From Rhabdothermincola salaria (GTDB taxonomy: Bacteria > Actinomycetota > Acidimicrobiia > Acidimicrobiales > Acidimicrobilacustridaceae), in the NCBI RefSeq assembly GCF_021246445.1, contig NZ_JAJQXW010000002.1, positions 434,001 through 498,000 on the forward strand: DNA of 64,000 bases, in the 5' to 3' direction. The position numbers and the translations under genes are program-made. The notes below the pieces were generated by a model. The model did not search any database and was not told the DNA's origin. It saw nothing but the letters and a program-made list of their open reading frames with translations. This document shows positions 51,012 to 61,698 of the stretch, one piece after another. The first letter of the stretch is position 1, and each line of letters opens with the position of its first letter.

Positions 51012-54000
51012 GTGAGCGAGCGCCCCTCCCCCGAGCCGGCAGCCGAGGGCGGCTGGATCCGGCGGCTGTGGCCCTTCCTCATGGCGCATCGTCGCAACGT
51101 CGTCCTGGCCCTCGGGGCGTCGGTCGTCGGGCAGGGGCTCATGGCCCTGGCCCCCTTGATCCAGAAGGTGGTGGTCGACGACGGCATCGTGGGTCGCAGC
51201 CGGCCGGTGGCGCCCTGGCTGACCGCCCTCGTGGTCATCGGCGTGGCCTCGTTCGCCTCGGCGGTGGTGCGGCGCTGGATCGGCGGCCGGGTGAGCCTCG
51301 ACGTGCAGTACGACCTGCGCAACGCCATCTACGAACGACTGCAGCGCCTCGACTTCGCCGGCCACGACCAGCTCCAGACCGGCCAGCTCGTGTCGCGCGC
51401 CTCGACCGACCTGGCGCTCATCCAGGGCCTGCTCGCCTTCCTCCCCATCATGTTGGGCAACGTGGTGATGGTCGTGCTCGCCCTCGTCATCATGACGATC
51501 CTGTCCCCGCCGCTCACCCTGGTGATGGTGGTGGTCCTGCCGCTGTTGTTGGTCACCGCTCTGCGCCTGCGCCGCAAGGTCTTCCCGGCCACGTGGGACG
51601 CCCAGCAGCGAGCCGGCGAGGTGGCCGGCGTGGTCGACGAGGCCGTCTCCGGGGTCCGGGTCGTCAAGGGGTTCGGCCAGGAGGACCGCGAGATCGCCCA
51701 CCTGGCCGACACCGCAGCCGGGCTGTACGCCTCCCGCGCCCGCCTGGTGCGCCTCCAGGCCCGGTTCACCTCCACCCTGCAGGCCATCCCCGCGCTGGCC
51801 CAGGTGGCGGTGCTGGCCCTCGGGGGGTGGTTGGCCATCGAGGGGCACCTCACCCTCGGCACCTTCCTCGCCTTCTCGGCCTACCTGGTGCAGCTGGTCG
51901 CACCGGTGCGCATGCTGGCCGGCCTGTTCACGGTGGGGCAGCAGGCCCGGGCCGGTGCCGAGCGCATCCTCGACGTGCTCGACGCCAACGCCGTGGTCAC
52001 CGAGGCACCCGACGCCGTCACCCTCGACGAGGTGGCGGGGGAGGTGCGCTTCGAGGGCGTGCGCTTCGGGTACACGCGCAGCGAGCCCGTGCTCGACGGT
52101 CTCGACCTGCGCATCGGGGCCGGCGAGGTGGTGGCCCTGGTGGGCACCAGTGGGTCGGGCAAGTCCACCGTCACCGCGCTGCTCCCCCGCTTCTACGACG
52201 TGCCCGAGGGTCGGGTCACCATCGACGGCACCGACGTGCGCGAGGTCACGCTCGAGTCGCTGCGGCGCCAGGTCGGCGTGGTGTTCGAGGACGCCTTCCT
52301 CTTCTCGGACTCGGTGGCGGCCAACATCGCCTACGGCCGCCCCGACGCCACCCACGACGACGTGGTGGCGGCGGCGACGGCGGCCGGGGCCCACGGCTTC
52401 GTGACCGCGCTGCCCGACGGCTACGCCACCGTGGTCGGCGAGCGGGGGCTCACCCTCTCCGGGGGCCAACGCCAGCGCATCGCCCTGGCCCGCGCCATCC
52501 TCACCGACCCTCGGATCCTCGTGCTCGACGACGCCACCTCGGCGATCGACGCAGCGACCGAGGAAGCCATCCACGCCACCCTCCGCTCGCTCATGCAGGA
52601 CCGCACCACCATCCTCATCGCCCACCGTCGCTCGACCCTGCGGTTGGCCCAACGGATCGTGGTCCTCGACGCTGGTCGAGTGGTGGCCGAGGGGTCCCAC
52701 GAGTCGCTGATGGTGGAGAGCCCCCGGTACCGGACCCTGTTCGCCGGCGACGAGGACCTCGACGGCGAGGGGCTGGTCGACCCGGCCCTCGGCTCCGCGG
52801 TACAGGGGAGGGTCGCGGGGGAGGGGGCAGAGCCGCTGGCGCTCTACGCCGAGCGGGTGGCCGAGGCCGACGAAGCGGGTCGCTCGGCCGGGGCCATCAC
52901 CTTGTCCGCCTGGCCCGCCCCCTCCGGTGCGGCGCCGGCCCCCAGCGCGGCGGTCGCCGGCCCGGCTCGCAACCCCGGCACCGGGGGCGGAGGAGGGGGC
53001 GGCGGCTTCGGTGGGGCGGCACTGTCGGCCACCCCGGAGTTGCTGGCCGCGCTCGACCGGCTGCCGCCGGCCGACGGCACCCCCGACGTCGACGTCGCGG
53101 CCGTGTCAGCACCCGAGGACGGACCGTTCCGCATCCGCCGGTTCGTGCGCCCGTGGGTGGCCGGCTTGGCGTTGGGTCTCGGCCTCGTCGTGCTCGACAC
53201 CATCTTGACCCTGCTCGGACCGGTGTTCGTGAGCCGAGGGGTGGACGAGGGCATCACGCCGGGCGACCGGGCCGCCCTGTGGGCCGCGGTGGTGATGTTC
53301 GCCGGCGCGGTGCTCGTCGACTGGGCCGTGGTGTGGACCTACACGCTGGTGACGGGCCGCACCGCCGAGCGCATGCTGTACGCCCTTCGGGTCAAGATCT
53401 TCGGGCACCTGCAGCGCATGTCGCTCGACTACTACGACGCCGAGCTCGACGGGCGCCTGATGACCCGCATGACCACCGACGTGGAGGCGCTCTCCCAGCT
53501 GGTGCAGACCGGCCTCATCAACGCCGTGGTCGGGGTGTTCACCTGCGTCGGCGTGTTCGTGTTCCTCGTCATCCTGTCGCCGCCCCTGGCGTTGGCGGCG
53601 GCGTCGATCCTGCCGCCGCTGCTGCTGGCCACCTGGTGGTACCGGCGCCGGTCGACCGAGCGCTACGAGAAGGCCCGCGAAGCCATCGCCGACGTGAACG
53701 CCAACCTCCAGGAGAGCCTCTCGGGTGTCCGGGTCGCGCAGGCCTACACCCGTGAGGATCGCAACATCTCGGGGTTCCGCTCGGTGAACCGTCGCTACCT
53801 CGACCACCGCCTGGGGGCGCAGCGGCTGGTGGCCCTCTACTTCCCGTTCATCTTGTTGCTGTCCGACCTCGGCGCGGTGGTGGTGCTGGGCACGGGTGCC
53901 GCCCTCGAGCCGCGCGGGATCGTGACCGCCGGCGTGGTCATCGCCTTCCTGCTGTACCTCAACCAGTTCTTCGCCCCTCTGCAGCAGCTGTCCCAGGTGC

Positions 54001-54869
54001 TCGACACCTGGCAGCAGGCGTCGGTGTCGGTGGCCAAGATCGAGGAGCTGCTGGCCACCCCCTCCACCACCCCACCGCCCGCTGACCCGGTCGACCCGGG
54101 TCGGGTGCGGGGCGAGGTGCGCTTCGAGGCGATGCGGTTCCGCTACTCCGGAGCGTCCGACGACGCCCTGCGCCGGCTCGACCTGGTCATCCCGGCCGGG
54201 CAGACCGTGGCCCTCGTGGGCGAGACCGGGGCCGGCAAGTCCACCGTCGTGAAGCTGGTGGCCCGCTTCTACGACCCTACCGAGGGGCGGGTCACCGTCG
54301 ACGGCATCGACCTGCGCGACATCGACCTCGGTGCCTTCCGGCGCCAGCTCGGCATCGTGCCCCAGGAGGCCTTCCTCTTCACCGGGACCGTGCGCGACAA
54401 CATCGCCTACGGTCGCCCCGAGGCCACCGACGCCGAGGTCGAGGCCGCCGCCCGGGCGGTGGGCGCCCACGAGTTCGTGGCCACCCTGCCCGAGGGCTAC
54501 CTGACGGCGGTGAGCGAGCGGGGCCGGTCGCTCTCGTCGGGCCAGCGCCAGCTCATCGCCCTGGCCCGGGCCCGCCTGGTCGACCCCGCCATCCTCCTGC
54601 TCGACGAAGCCACCTCCCAGCTCGACCTGGCCACCGAGGGCCGGGTGCAGCGAGCCATGGACGCCGCCGCCCAGGGGCGCACGACCCTGATGGTGGCCCA
54701 TCGCCTACCCACCGCCCGCCGGGCCGACCGCATCGTGGTGGTCGACGACGGCCGGGTGGTCGAGGACGGCACCCACGACGAGCTGGTGGCCGCCGGTGGG
54801 GCCTACGCCTCGCTGTGGGCCGCGTTCGCCGAGACCGCCGACGACGGGGACGGCGCGCTGGTGCCGTGA
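51012..54869 (+). CDS. fused (TMD-NBD)2 ABC exporter, Rv0194-like
   Basis: Two Walker A (GTSGSGKST, GETGAGKST) and two signatures (LSGGQRQR, LSSGQRQL), each after a six-TM domain. Confidence 0.93.
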   Translation: MSERPSPEPAAEGGWIRRLWPFLMAHRRNVVLALGASVVGQGLMALAPLIQKVVVDDGIVGRSRPVAPWLTALVVIGVASFASAVVRRWIGGRVSLDVQYDLRNAIYERLQRLDFAGHDQLQTGQLVSRASTDLALIQGLLAFLPIMLGNVVMVVLALVIMTILSPPLTLVMVVVLPLLLVTALRLRRKVFPATWDAQQRAGEVAGVVDEAVSGVRVVKGFGQEDREIAHLADTAAGLYASRARLVRLQARFTSTLQAIPALAQVAVLALGGWLAIEGHLTLGTFLAFSAYLVQLVAPVRMLAGLFTVGQQARAGAERILDVLDANAVVTEAPDAVTLDEVAGEVRFEGVRFGYTRSEPVLDGLDLRIGAGEVVALVGTSGSGKSTVTALLPRFYDVPEGRVTIDGTDVREVTLESLRRQVGVVFEDAFLFSDSVAANIAYGRPDATHDDVVAAATAAGAHGFVTALPDGYATVVGERGLTLSGGQRQRIALARAILTDPRILVLDDATSAIDAATEEAIHATLRSLMQDRTTILIAHRRSTLRLAQRIVVLDAGRVVAEGSHESLMVESPRYRTLFAGDEDLDGEGLVDPALGSAVQGRVAGEGAEPLALYAERVAEADEAGRSAGAITLSAWPAPSGAAPAPSAAVAGPARNPGTGGGGGGGGFGGAALSATPELLAALDRLPPADGTPDVDVAAVSAPEDGPFRIRRFVRPWVAGLALGLGLVVLDTILTLLGPVFVSRGVDEGITPGDRAALWAAVVMFAGAVLVDWAVVWTYTLVTGRTAERMLYALRVKIFGHLQRMSLDYYDAELDGRLMTRMTTDVEALSQLVQTGLINAVVGVFTCVGVFVFLVILSPPLALAAASILPPLLLATWWYRRRSTERYEKAREAIADVNANLQESLSGVRVAQAYTREDRNISGFRSVNRRYLDHRLGAQRLVALYFPFILLLSDLGAVVVLGTGAALEPRGIVTAGVVIAFLLYLNQFFAPLQQLSQVLDTWQQASVSVAKIEELLATPSTTPPPADPVDPGRVRGEVRFEAMRFRYSGASDDALRRLDLVIPAGQTVALVGETGAGKSTVVKLVARFYDPTEGRVTVDGIDLRDIDLGAFRRQLGIVPQEAFLFTGTVRDNIAYGRPEATDAEVEAAARAVGAHEFVATLPEGYLTAVSERGRSLSSGQRQLIALARARLVDPAILLLDEATSQLDLATEGRVQRAMDAAAQGRTTLMVAHRLPTARRADRIVVVDDGRVVEDGTHDELVAAGGAYASLWAAFAETADDGDGALVP

Positions 54870-54930
54870 CGCGCCGGGGCCGGTGGAGCGACGCTGCCCC
54901 ACCGGCCCCGAGACCGACGCACCAGAGTGG

Positions 54931-56235
<1,305 letters not shown>

Positions 56236-56253
56236 GCCGCGATGCTACGAGGA

Positions 56254-56294
56254 ACTGAACAGTCATTGAGGTCTGTGTAGCAAGACTGAACAGT
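56254..56294. promoter_or_regulatory. two identical palindromic operators ACTGAACAGT in the ino1/LysR divergent promoter
   Basis: ACTG-AA-CAGT at 56254-56263 and 56285-56294 (31-bp period), next to the ino1 -10 TAGCAT. Confidence 0.7.
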
Positions 56295-56367
56295 TAGCCT
56301 CGGGGGGTGGCCCCTCGACCCGCTCCTACCCCGGCCCGCCACACCCCGACGACGTACCTCCCCACCG

Positions 56368-56417
56368 GTTCTTGCATGGCTTCGGCGTGCTCTGCGACGC
56401 CGAACGCATGCAAGAAC
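56368..56417. repeat. REP-like inverted repeat, copy A
   Basis: GTTCTTGCATG..TTCGGCGT / ACGCCGAA..CATGCAAGAAC. Confidence 0.6.
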
Positions 56418-56430
56418 GAAGGGGTTGGCG

Positions 56431-57444
56431 GTGGACGCTGAGGTCCCGCTGCCGGCGGTGACCGTGCCGCAGCTCACCTACCTGGTGGCGGTGGCCGAAG
56501 CCCCCACCTTCGCCGCCGCGGCCGCGGCGGTGGGGGTGACGACCTCGGCGCTGTCGCAGGGCCTGGCCGAGCTCGAGCGTCGGGTGGGGGTGTCGCTCTT
56601 CGAACGGGTGGGTCGGCGCCAGGTCCTACGGGAGGAGGCCGCCGAGGTCCTCGCCTATGCCCGCCGGGTGGTGGCCGACACCGGCGACCTGGCTCGCTGG
56701 GCGGCCGCCGTCCGTTCGGGGGCGTCGGGCCGCCTCCGGGTGGGCATGATCGACGCCGCCGCCGTGCACCACTGCGCCGACCCGCTGCGGGCCTTCCGTC
56801 GCAGCCACCCCGAGGTCGACCTGCGCCTGCGGGTGGCACCGTCGGGCGAGCTGCTCGAGCAGCTGGCCTCGGGGGCGCTCGACCTGGCCGTGGTGGTGGA
56901 ACCGCCGGAGCTCGACCCGGCGCTCGAGGTCGAGGTGCTGCTCGAGGAACCGCTCGTCGTGGTTCCCGCGGAGGGCCTCTCCGCCGCGCCGGGCGACCGG
57001 CGACGCTCGGATCCCGACGGCGAGGGAAGCGACGATGGCGACGCCGAGGGGGGCGGGGTGACCGATCCGGCGTCCTGGGGGCCGTGGGTGCTCTTCCCGG
57101 CCGGCTCGCACACCCGGGCGGTGGTGGAGGCCGCGCTGCGGGCGCGGGGTGCCCCGGTGGAGGTGGTGGCCGAGTCGCACCAGCCCGAGGTGCTGCGCGA
57201 GATGGCCCGCCTGGGCGTGGGTTGGACGGTGCTGCCCGAGCTGCAGGCCCGCGAGGGCCCTCGTCGCCGGCGCCCCAGCGGCGAGCCGGAGGTCCTCGCC
57301 ACCCGCCGCCTGGTCATCGCCCGTCGGGCAGGACGGGTCACCAACCCCGCCGCCGACACCCTGGCGAACGCCCTGAGGTCCGCCTTGCCCGACTCCCTCA
57401 CCGATGAGCTCGGCGGTCCCCGCCCCCACCCGACGGGCTCCTGA
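56431..57444 (+). CDS. LysR family transcriptional regulator
   Basis: QLTYLVAVAE..TFAAAA...TTSALSQGLAELERRVGVSLFER HTH and GRLRVG, LDLAVV substrate-binding domain. Confidence 0.92.
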   Translation: MDAEVPLPAVTVPQLTYLVAVAEAPTFAAAAAAVGVTTSALSQGLAELERRVGVSLFERVGRRQVLREEAAEVLAYARRVVADTGDLARWAAAVRSGASGRLRVGMIDAAAVHHCADPLRAFRRSHPEVDLRLRVAPSGELLEQLASGALDLAVVVEPPELDPALEVEVLLEEPLVVVPAEGLSAAPGDRRRSDPDGEGSDDGDAEGGGVTDPASWGPWVLFPAGSHTRAVVEAALRARGAPVEVVAESHQPEVLREMARLGVGWTVLPELQAREGPRRRRPSGEPEVLATRRLVIARRAGRVTNPAADTLANALRSALPDSLTDELGGPRPHPTGS

Positions 57445-57478
57445 CCGACCTCGCCGGCATCGCCCATCTTCCGCTTCC

Positions 57479-57518
57479 TGCATGTGTTCGTCGCTCTGGG
57501 GAGCGTCGAACACATGCA
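57479..57518. repeat. REP-like inverted repeat, copy B (may act as terminator)
   Basis: TGCATGTGTTCG-CGCTC / GAGCG-CGAACACATGCA. Confidence 0.6.
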
Positions 57519-57564
57519 ACTACGGGGTGGGGGGAGCATCGCCGGGCTCGCGCCCCCAGGATGC

Positions 57565-58752
57565 CTAGGGCGAGCCGGATGACTCAGGGGAGGACCCGGT
57601 CCCGCTCGCCGACGACCCAACGGGCTCGCTCCAGCGCTCCAGCAGCGCCGGGGGCACCGGCCGGGGCTCGGCGGGGAAGAGCAGGTCCTCCCACTCCTCG
57701 CCGGTGGACATCGTGAGCCGGTCGGCCAGGGCGAGGGCGTCGTCGACCGACTGGTCGACGCCGAGGTGGAGGGCGTAGGTGCGGTCGCCCTCGGTCCACG
57801 AGATGGTCCGCTCGGGTGCGTCGCGGCCCTCGTCGAGGTGGCCGGGCCGCCCCCGTACCTCGATCGGCTGCTCGGTGCCGTCGAGGCCGAACTCAACACC
57901 CGGACCGCCGGCGACCAGCAGCGTGGGCGGGGTGCTCCCGGAGGGCGCGATCCACATGAGCACGAAGTCGAGCGTGGCCTGGACCACCTGGGTGGATCCG
58001 TCGGCGCCACGCAGCACCAGGGCCGGGTTCGCGCTGAGCAGGACGTCCCCCACGGAGCTGCGCAGTCGCCGCTCCCAGGTGGGGCGATCGACGTCGACCA
58101 CGGGGTCCGCCGCCTCGAGCAGGGCCTCGGCATCGGCGAAGGCGTCGGGGGAGTTGCCCATGAGGGTGGCCGTCCAGCCCGGGGCGGGCGACCACCACAG
58201 CGCCGGCCCCTCCGTCGGGGGTCGGTCCTCCTCACCGGATGCCCAGCGGACGGTGCCGACCTGCAGCGGCCCCTCCGAGTGCTCGATGGTGCGCTCGGCG
58301 ATGCGTTCCACCCCGGGGACGCCGGACGGCATGGTCTGGCTCGTCTCCCCCGGTCCGGTGCCGTCGCGGGTGACGAGGAGGGTCACGGCCTCGTCGCTCG
58401 GGCCTTCCATCGAATCGAAGGCCACGTAGGAGGTGCCGGGGGCGTAGGTCGTCACCTGCCAGGTGTCGTTGGCGAAGCCGAGGAAGGGCATGGTGCTGCC
58501 ACCGGCGTCGACCACGTCGGTGTCGTCGGGCGAACGGGTGAGGTCGAGCACGCCGGCGACGACCACCACGAGCGCGAGCACAGAGGCGACGCCGACGACC
58601 AGGTGGCGCCGTCGCCGCCGCTGGCCGACACGGGCGCGGATGGCGGACAGCCCCTCGGGGTCGGCGGCGATCGTGGCAGCTCGTCGGTCGAGGCGGGCGG
58701 CCAGGCGGCGCTCGAACGGGTCGAGGTCGTCGTGGTGCTCGTGGTCGGTCAT
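57565..58752 (-). CDS. putative anti-sigma/membrane protein
   Basis: ERRL...L..IR.R...RRRRR plus TM and a large extracellular domain. ATGA overlap with the sigma gene. Confidence 0.7.
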   Translation of the reverse strand: MTDHEHHDDLDPFERRLAARLDRRAATIAADPEGLSAIRARVGQRRRRRHLVVGVASVLALVVVVAGVLDLTRSPDDTDVVDAGGSTMPFLGFANDTWQVTTYAPGTSYVAFDSMEGPSDEAVTLLVTRDGTGPGETSQTMPSGVPGVERIAERTIEHSEGPLQVGTVRWASGEEDRPPTEGPALWWSPAPGWTATLMGNSPDAFADAEALLEAADPVVDVDRPTWERRLRSSVGDVLLSANPALVLRGADGSTQVVQATLDFVLMWIAPSGSTPPTLLVAGGPGVEFGLDGTEQPIEVRGRPGHLDEGRDAPERTISWTEGDRTYALHLGVDQSVDDALALADRLTMSTGEEWEDLLFPAEPRPVPPALLERWSEPVGSSASGTGSSPESSGSP

Positions 58753-59252
58753 CGCTCCACCACCTCGCGCAGCTGGGCCAGCCCCCGGCTGACCGTCGAC
58801 TTCACCGTGCCGGGGGCCATGTCGAGGGCGGCGGCGATGTCGGCCTCGCTGAGCCCCTCGTAGTAGCGCAGCACGATGGCGGCCCGTTGCCTGTGGGGCA
58901 GGGCCGCCAGAGCGTCGGTGAGCTCGCGGGCGCCGAGCTCGTCGTAGGCGGCACCCCCCTCGAGGCGGTGCCGGCGTTCGAGCTTGCGTCGCCGTTGCAG
59001 GTCACGGCACCGGTTGACGACGCAGCGCCGCAGGTAGGCACCGTGGTCGTCGATCTTCTCCCAGCGTTCGTAGACCTTGGCGAAGGCGTCGTGGACGGCT
59101 TCTTCGGCCAGGGTGTCGGCGTCGAGCAACAGGAACGCCACGCGCACCATGGGTTCGTACTCGCGCCGGTACAGCGCCTCGAACCCCGCCTCGTCGTCGA
59201 CCACGTCCTCCACCGTCCTCGGGGCCGGTACCCCGGTGGCTGTTCCGCTCAC
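58749..59252 (-). CDS. ECF sigma factor (Streptomyces SigE-family-like)
   Basis: AEEAVHDAF, AYLRRCVVN, LPHRQRAAIVLRYYEGLSEADIA...GTVKS. Confidence 0.9.
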   Translation of the reverse strand: MSGTATGVPAPRTVEDVVDDEAGFEALYRREYEPMVRVAFLLLDADTLAEEAVHDAFAKVYERWEKIDDHGAYLRRCVVNRCRDLQRRRKLERRHRLEGGAAYDELGARELTDALAALPHRQRAAIVLRYYEGLSEADIAAALDMAPGTVKSTVSRGLAQLREVVER

Positions 59253-59426
59253 ATCCTCTACGACGAGCGGTGCGACACCTCGGTTCCAGCGGGCAACTCG
59301 TCGGCCCCGTCTCGTGCTCTCGGGCTCGACGACTCGAGCACCCGTGAGGGCGGGCGGGGCGCGACTCGACCCCGCCGGCGTGCGGTGGCGGCACGACGGC
59401 GGGGTCGAGGTCGGGGGGAGGTCGGG

Positions 59427-59582
59427 CTACTTGCCGGTGAGCTTGTTCTTGACGGAGTCCACCGCGTCCTTGACCTTGCCGGTGGCCTTGTCGGCCTTGC
59501 CCTCACGCTTGAGGTCGTCGTCGTCGGTGATGTCGCCGGCCGCTTCCTTGGCCCGGCCCTTCGCTTCGTCCATGTTCGCCAT
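59427..59582 (-). CDS. CsbD family stress protein
   Basis: DEAKGRAKEAAGDITDDDDLKREGKADKATGKVKD. Confidence 0.9.
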   Translation of the reverse strand: MANMDEAKGRAKEAAGDITDDDDLKREGKADKATGKVKDAVDSVKNKLTGK

Positions 59583-59677
59583 GGGTGCTCCATTCGTTCG
59601 GGGGATGTCCTCCTCGTACCCACGACCGGGACCGCACAGCACCCTCTCTTCTCGTGCCCCCGCTACCGTCGCCACCG

Positions 59678-60418
59678 ATGGCGTCCGAGTCCGAGTCCGA
59701 GTCGCCCGTGGCCGGTGACGGTGAACCGGGACGGGAGCGATCCCGGGACCTGGGACGCCGTTGGGTGCTCGCCGGGCTCGCCGTGCTCGTCACCGTGGGG
59801 GCGATCGTGGCGTGGCTGCTCGACCGTCGAGAGCCGGCCGTGGTCACCGGGGCGGCCGCGGCGGACGCCTTCCTCGACGCCAGCGAACGCAACCTCGACG
59901 CCACCTACCGGCTCGAGGGGGAGTTCCGTCGCACCCTCGACGAGGGTCGGGCCCTCGTCTCCGGGCTGCTGGTGGTCCAACGGCCGCCGGACCGCATCCA
60001 GCGCTCGCTCGGGGGCACCGTCGGCGTGGTGGGTGGTCGCACGGTCAACTGCGGCCGCTCCGAGGGCGCCGACTACGCCTGTGCCGTGAGCGGTGAGGCC
60101 GAACCGTGGGAGGTCAGGCGGGGCGAGCAGCTGCAGGCCCTGCAGGACTACGTCCTGGGCGACGATCCCCTCTATGCGGTGGAGGAGGTCGGCAACGACT
60201 GCTTCAGGCTCGAACGGCGCCTCAGCGAGCCCGAGGCGGTGTACGGCCGCCGGGCCGAGCTGTGCTTCGATCGGGCCACCGGGGCGCTACGCCGCCTCGA
60301 GGTGCGTCGCGAGGGCGGGGCGACCGACGTCCTCGAAGGGCTGGTCGTGACCGGCCGGGTGAGCGACGGCGACTTCGACCTCTCGGCCGACGACACCTAC
60401 GATCCCCAGGGCGCCTGA
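59678..60418 (+). CDS. hypothetical membrane-anchored protein
   Basis: N-terminal TM, beta-rich domain with 4 Cys (ELCFDRATG). TACCGT 8 nt before ATG. Confidence 0.7.
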   Translation: MASESESESPVAGDGEPGRERSRDLGRRWVLAGLAVLVTVGAIVAWLLDRREPAVVTGAAAADAFLDASERNLDATYRLEGEFRRTLDEGRALVSGLLVVQRPPDRIQRSLGGTVGVVGGRTVNCGRSEGADYACAVSGEAEPWEVRRGEQLQALQDYVLGDDPLYAVEEVGNDCFRLERRLSEPEAVYGRRAELCFDRATGALRRLEVRREGGATDVLEGLVVTGRVSDGDFDLSADDTYDPQGA

Positions 60419-60454
60419 CCGGCTCGCCCGAGCCGACGACGAGAGCGTGGACCG

Positions 60455-60727
60455 ATGGGCCGAGACCTGCACCCCACCAGCGATGACCTGCGACTCGTGT
60501 TCGCCCAGGAGTCGGAGACCCTGAACCCGCTCGGCGACGACCTCCTGCCCTGGCTGGTGCTGGCCATCGGGGCGGCTCTGGCCGTGGGCACCACGCTGGC
60601 GCTGGTGCGCCCGCGGGAGGATCCCGACGGCAACGACCTGCCCCGCCCGCCTCTCTCGCGCAGCATCGTGATGATCGTGCTGGGCACCATCGCCTCGATC
60701 TGGGGCCTGGGCAGCCTCCTGACCTGA
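60455..60727 (+). CDS. small two-TM hypothetical protein
   Basis: Two hydrophobic helices, GC3 bias. Start uncertain. Confidence 0.65.
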   Translation: MGRDLHPTSDDLRLVFAQESETLNPLGDDLLPWLVLAIGAALAVGTTLALVRPREDPDGNDLPRPPLSRSIVMIVLGTIASIWGLGSLLT

Positions 60728-60747
60728 CCTGACCTGACCTGACCTGA
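60718..60747 (+). repeat. pentanucleotide microsatellite (CCTGA)6
   Basis: Six perfect CCTGA units. Confidence 0.95.
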
Positions 60748-60794
60748 CCCGGACCGCAGTCCCGGTCCCGATCCCGCCGACCGAACGAGCCCCC

Positions 60795-61667
60795 GTGCCT
60801 GCCGAACCCGCCAAACGACCCCAGCCCAGCGTGCTCACGGTGCGCTGCGCCGACCAACCGGGCATCGTCGCCGCGGTCGCCAACCTCATCGCCGAGGCGG
60901 GCGGCAACATCGCCAACGCCGACCAGCACACCGACCGGGCCTCCAGCGTCTTCCTGCAGCGCATCGAGATCGACGGGCCCATCGACTGGGGTCGCTTCGA
61001 CGCCGGACTGGCCGACGCCGCCCGGCGGATGGGCATCGAGTGGGAGCTGCACCGTCCCGGCACGCCGACGAGGGTGGCGGTGGCCTGCTCGGGTGAGCTC
61101 TACTGCGCCGCCGATCTGCTCAACCGGGTCGAGTTGGGCGAGCTCGACGCCGAGGTGGTCGCCGTCGTCTCCGACAAGACGCCGGCGCGGGCCCTGGCCG
61201 AACGCCACGGTGTCGCCTTCCGCTCGGTCGAGGGCGGCCTGTCGGGCGAGGAGCGGGTCGCCCAGGAAGCCGCCTTCGCCGCCACCCTCGAGGAGCTGCA
61301 GCCCGACCTCGTGGTGCTGGCGCGCTACATGCGGATCCTCCCCGAGGCCATCACCGAGGCCTGGACGGGCCGGATGATCAACATCCACCACTCCTTCCTC
61401 CCCGCCTTCGCCGGCGCCCGGCCCTACCACCGGGCCCACGATCGGGGCGTCAAGATCATCGGCGCCACCGCCCACTACGTGACCGCCGAGCTCGATGCCG
61501 GGCCCATCATCGCCCAGCGGGTGGCCACGGTGACCCACCGCGACGAGGTCGAGGACCTGGTGCGCAAGGGCCGCGACGTCGAACGTCAGACCTTGGCCGA
61601 CGCCGTGCGCCTCCACCTCGAGCAGCGCGTGCTCGTGTGGGACAACCGCACCTGCGTCTTCGCCTGA
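60795..61667 (+). CDS. purU: formyltetrahydrofolate deformylase
   Basis: ACT domain CADQPGIVA, LARYMRIL, INIHHSFLPAFAGARPY, GATAHYVT..LD.GPII. Confidence 0.95.
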   Translation: MPAEPAKRPQPSVLTVRCADQPGIVAAVANLIAEAGGNIANADQHTDRASSVFLQRIEIDGPIDWGRFDAGLADAARRMGIEWELHRPGTPTRVAVACSGELYCAADLLNRVELGELDAEVVAVVSDKTPARALAERHGVAFRSVEGGLSGEERVAQEAAFAATLEELQPDLVVLARYMRILPEAITEAWTGRMINIHHSFLPAFAGARPYHRAHDRGVKIIGATAHYVTAELDAGPIIAQRVATVTHRDEVEDLVRKGRDVERQTLADAVRLHLEQRVLVWDNRTCVFA

Positions 61668-61698
61668 CGGCCTCGTCTTTGCGGACCGGCCGGATGCC

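Noticed and set aside
49908..54869. 930-aa minus and 1439-aa plus ORFs overlapping head-to-head
   Set aside because: Both are over-extended. The real genes are divergent, starting near 50891 and 51012.
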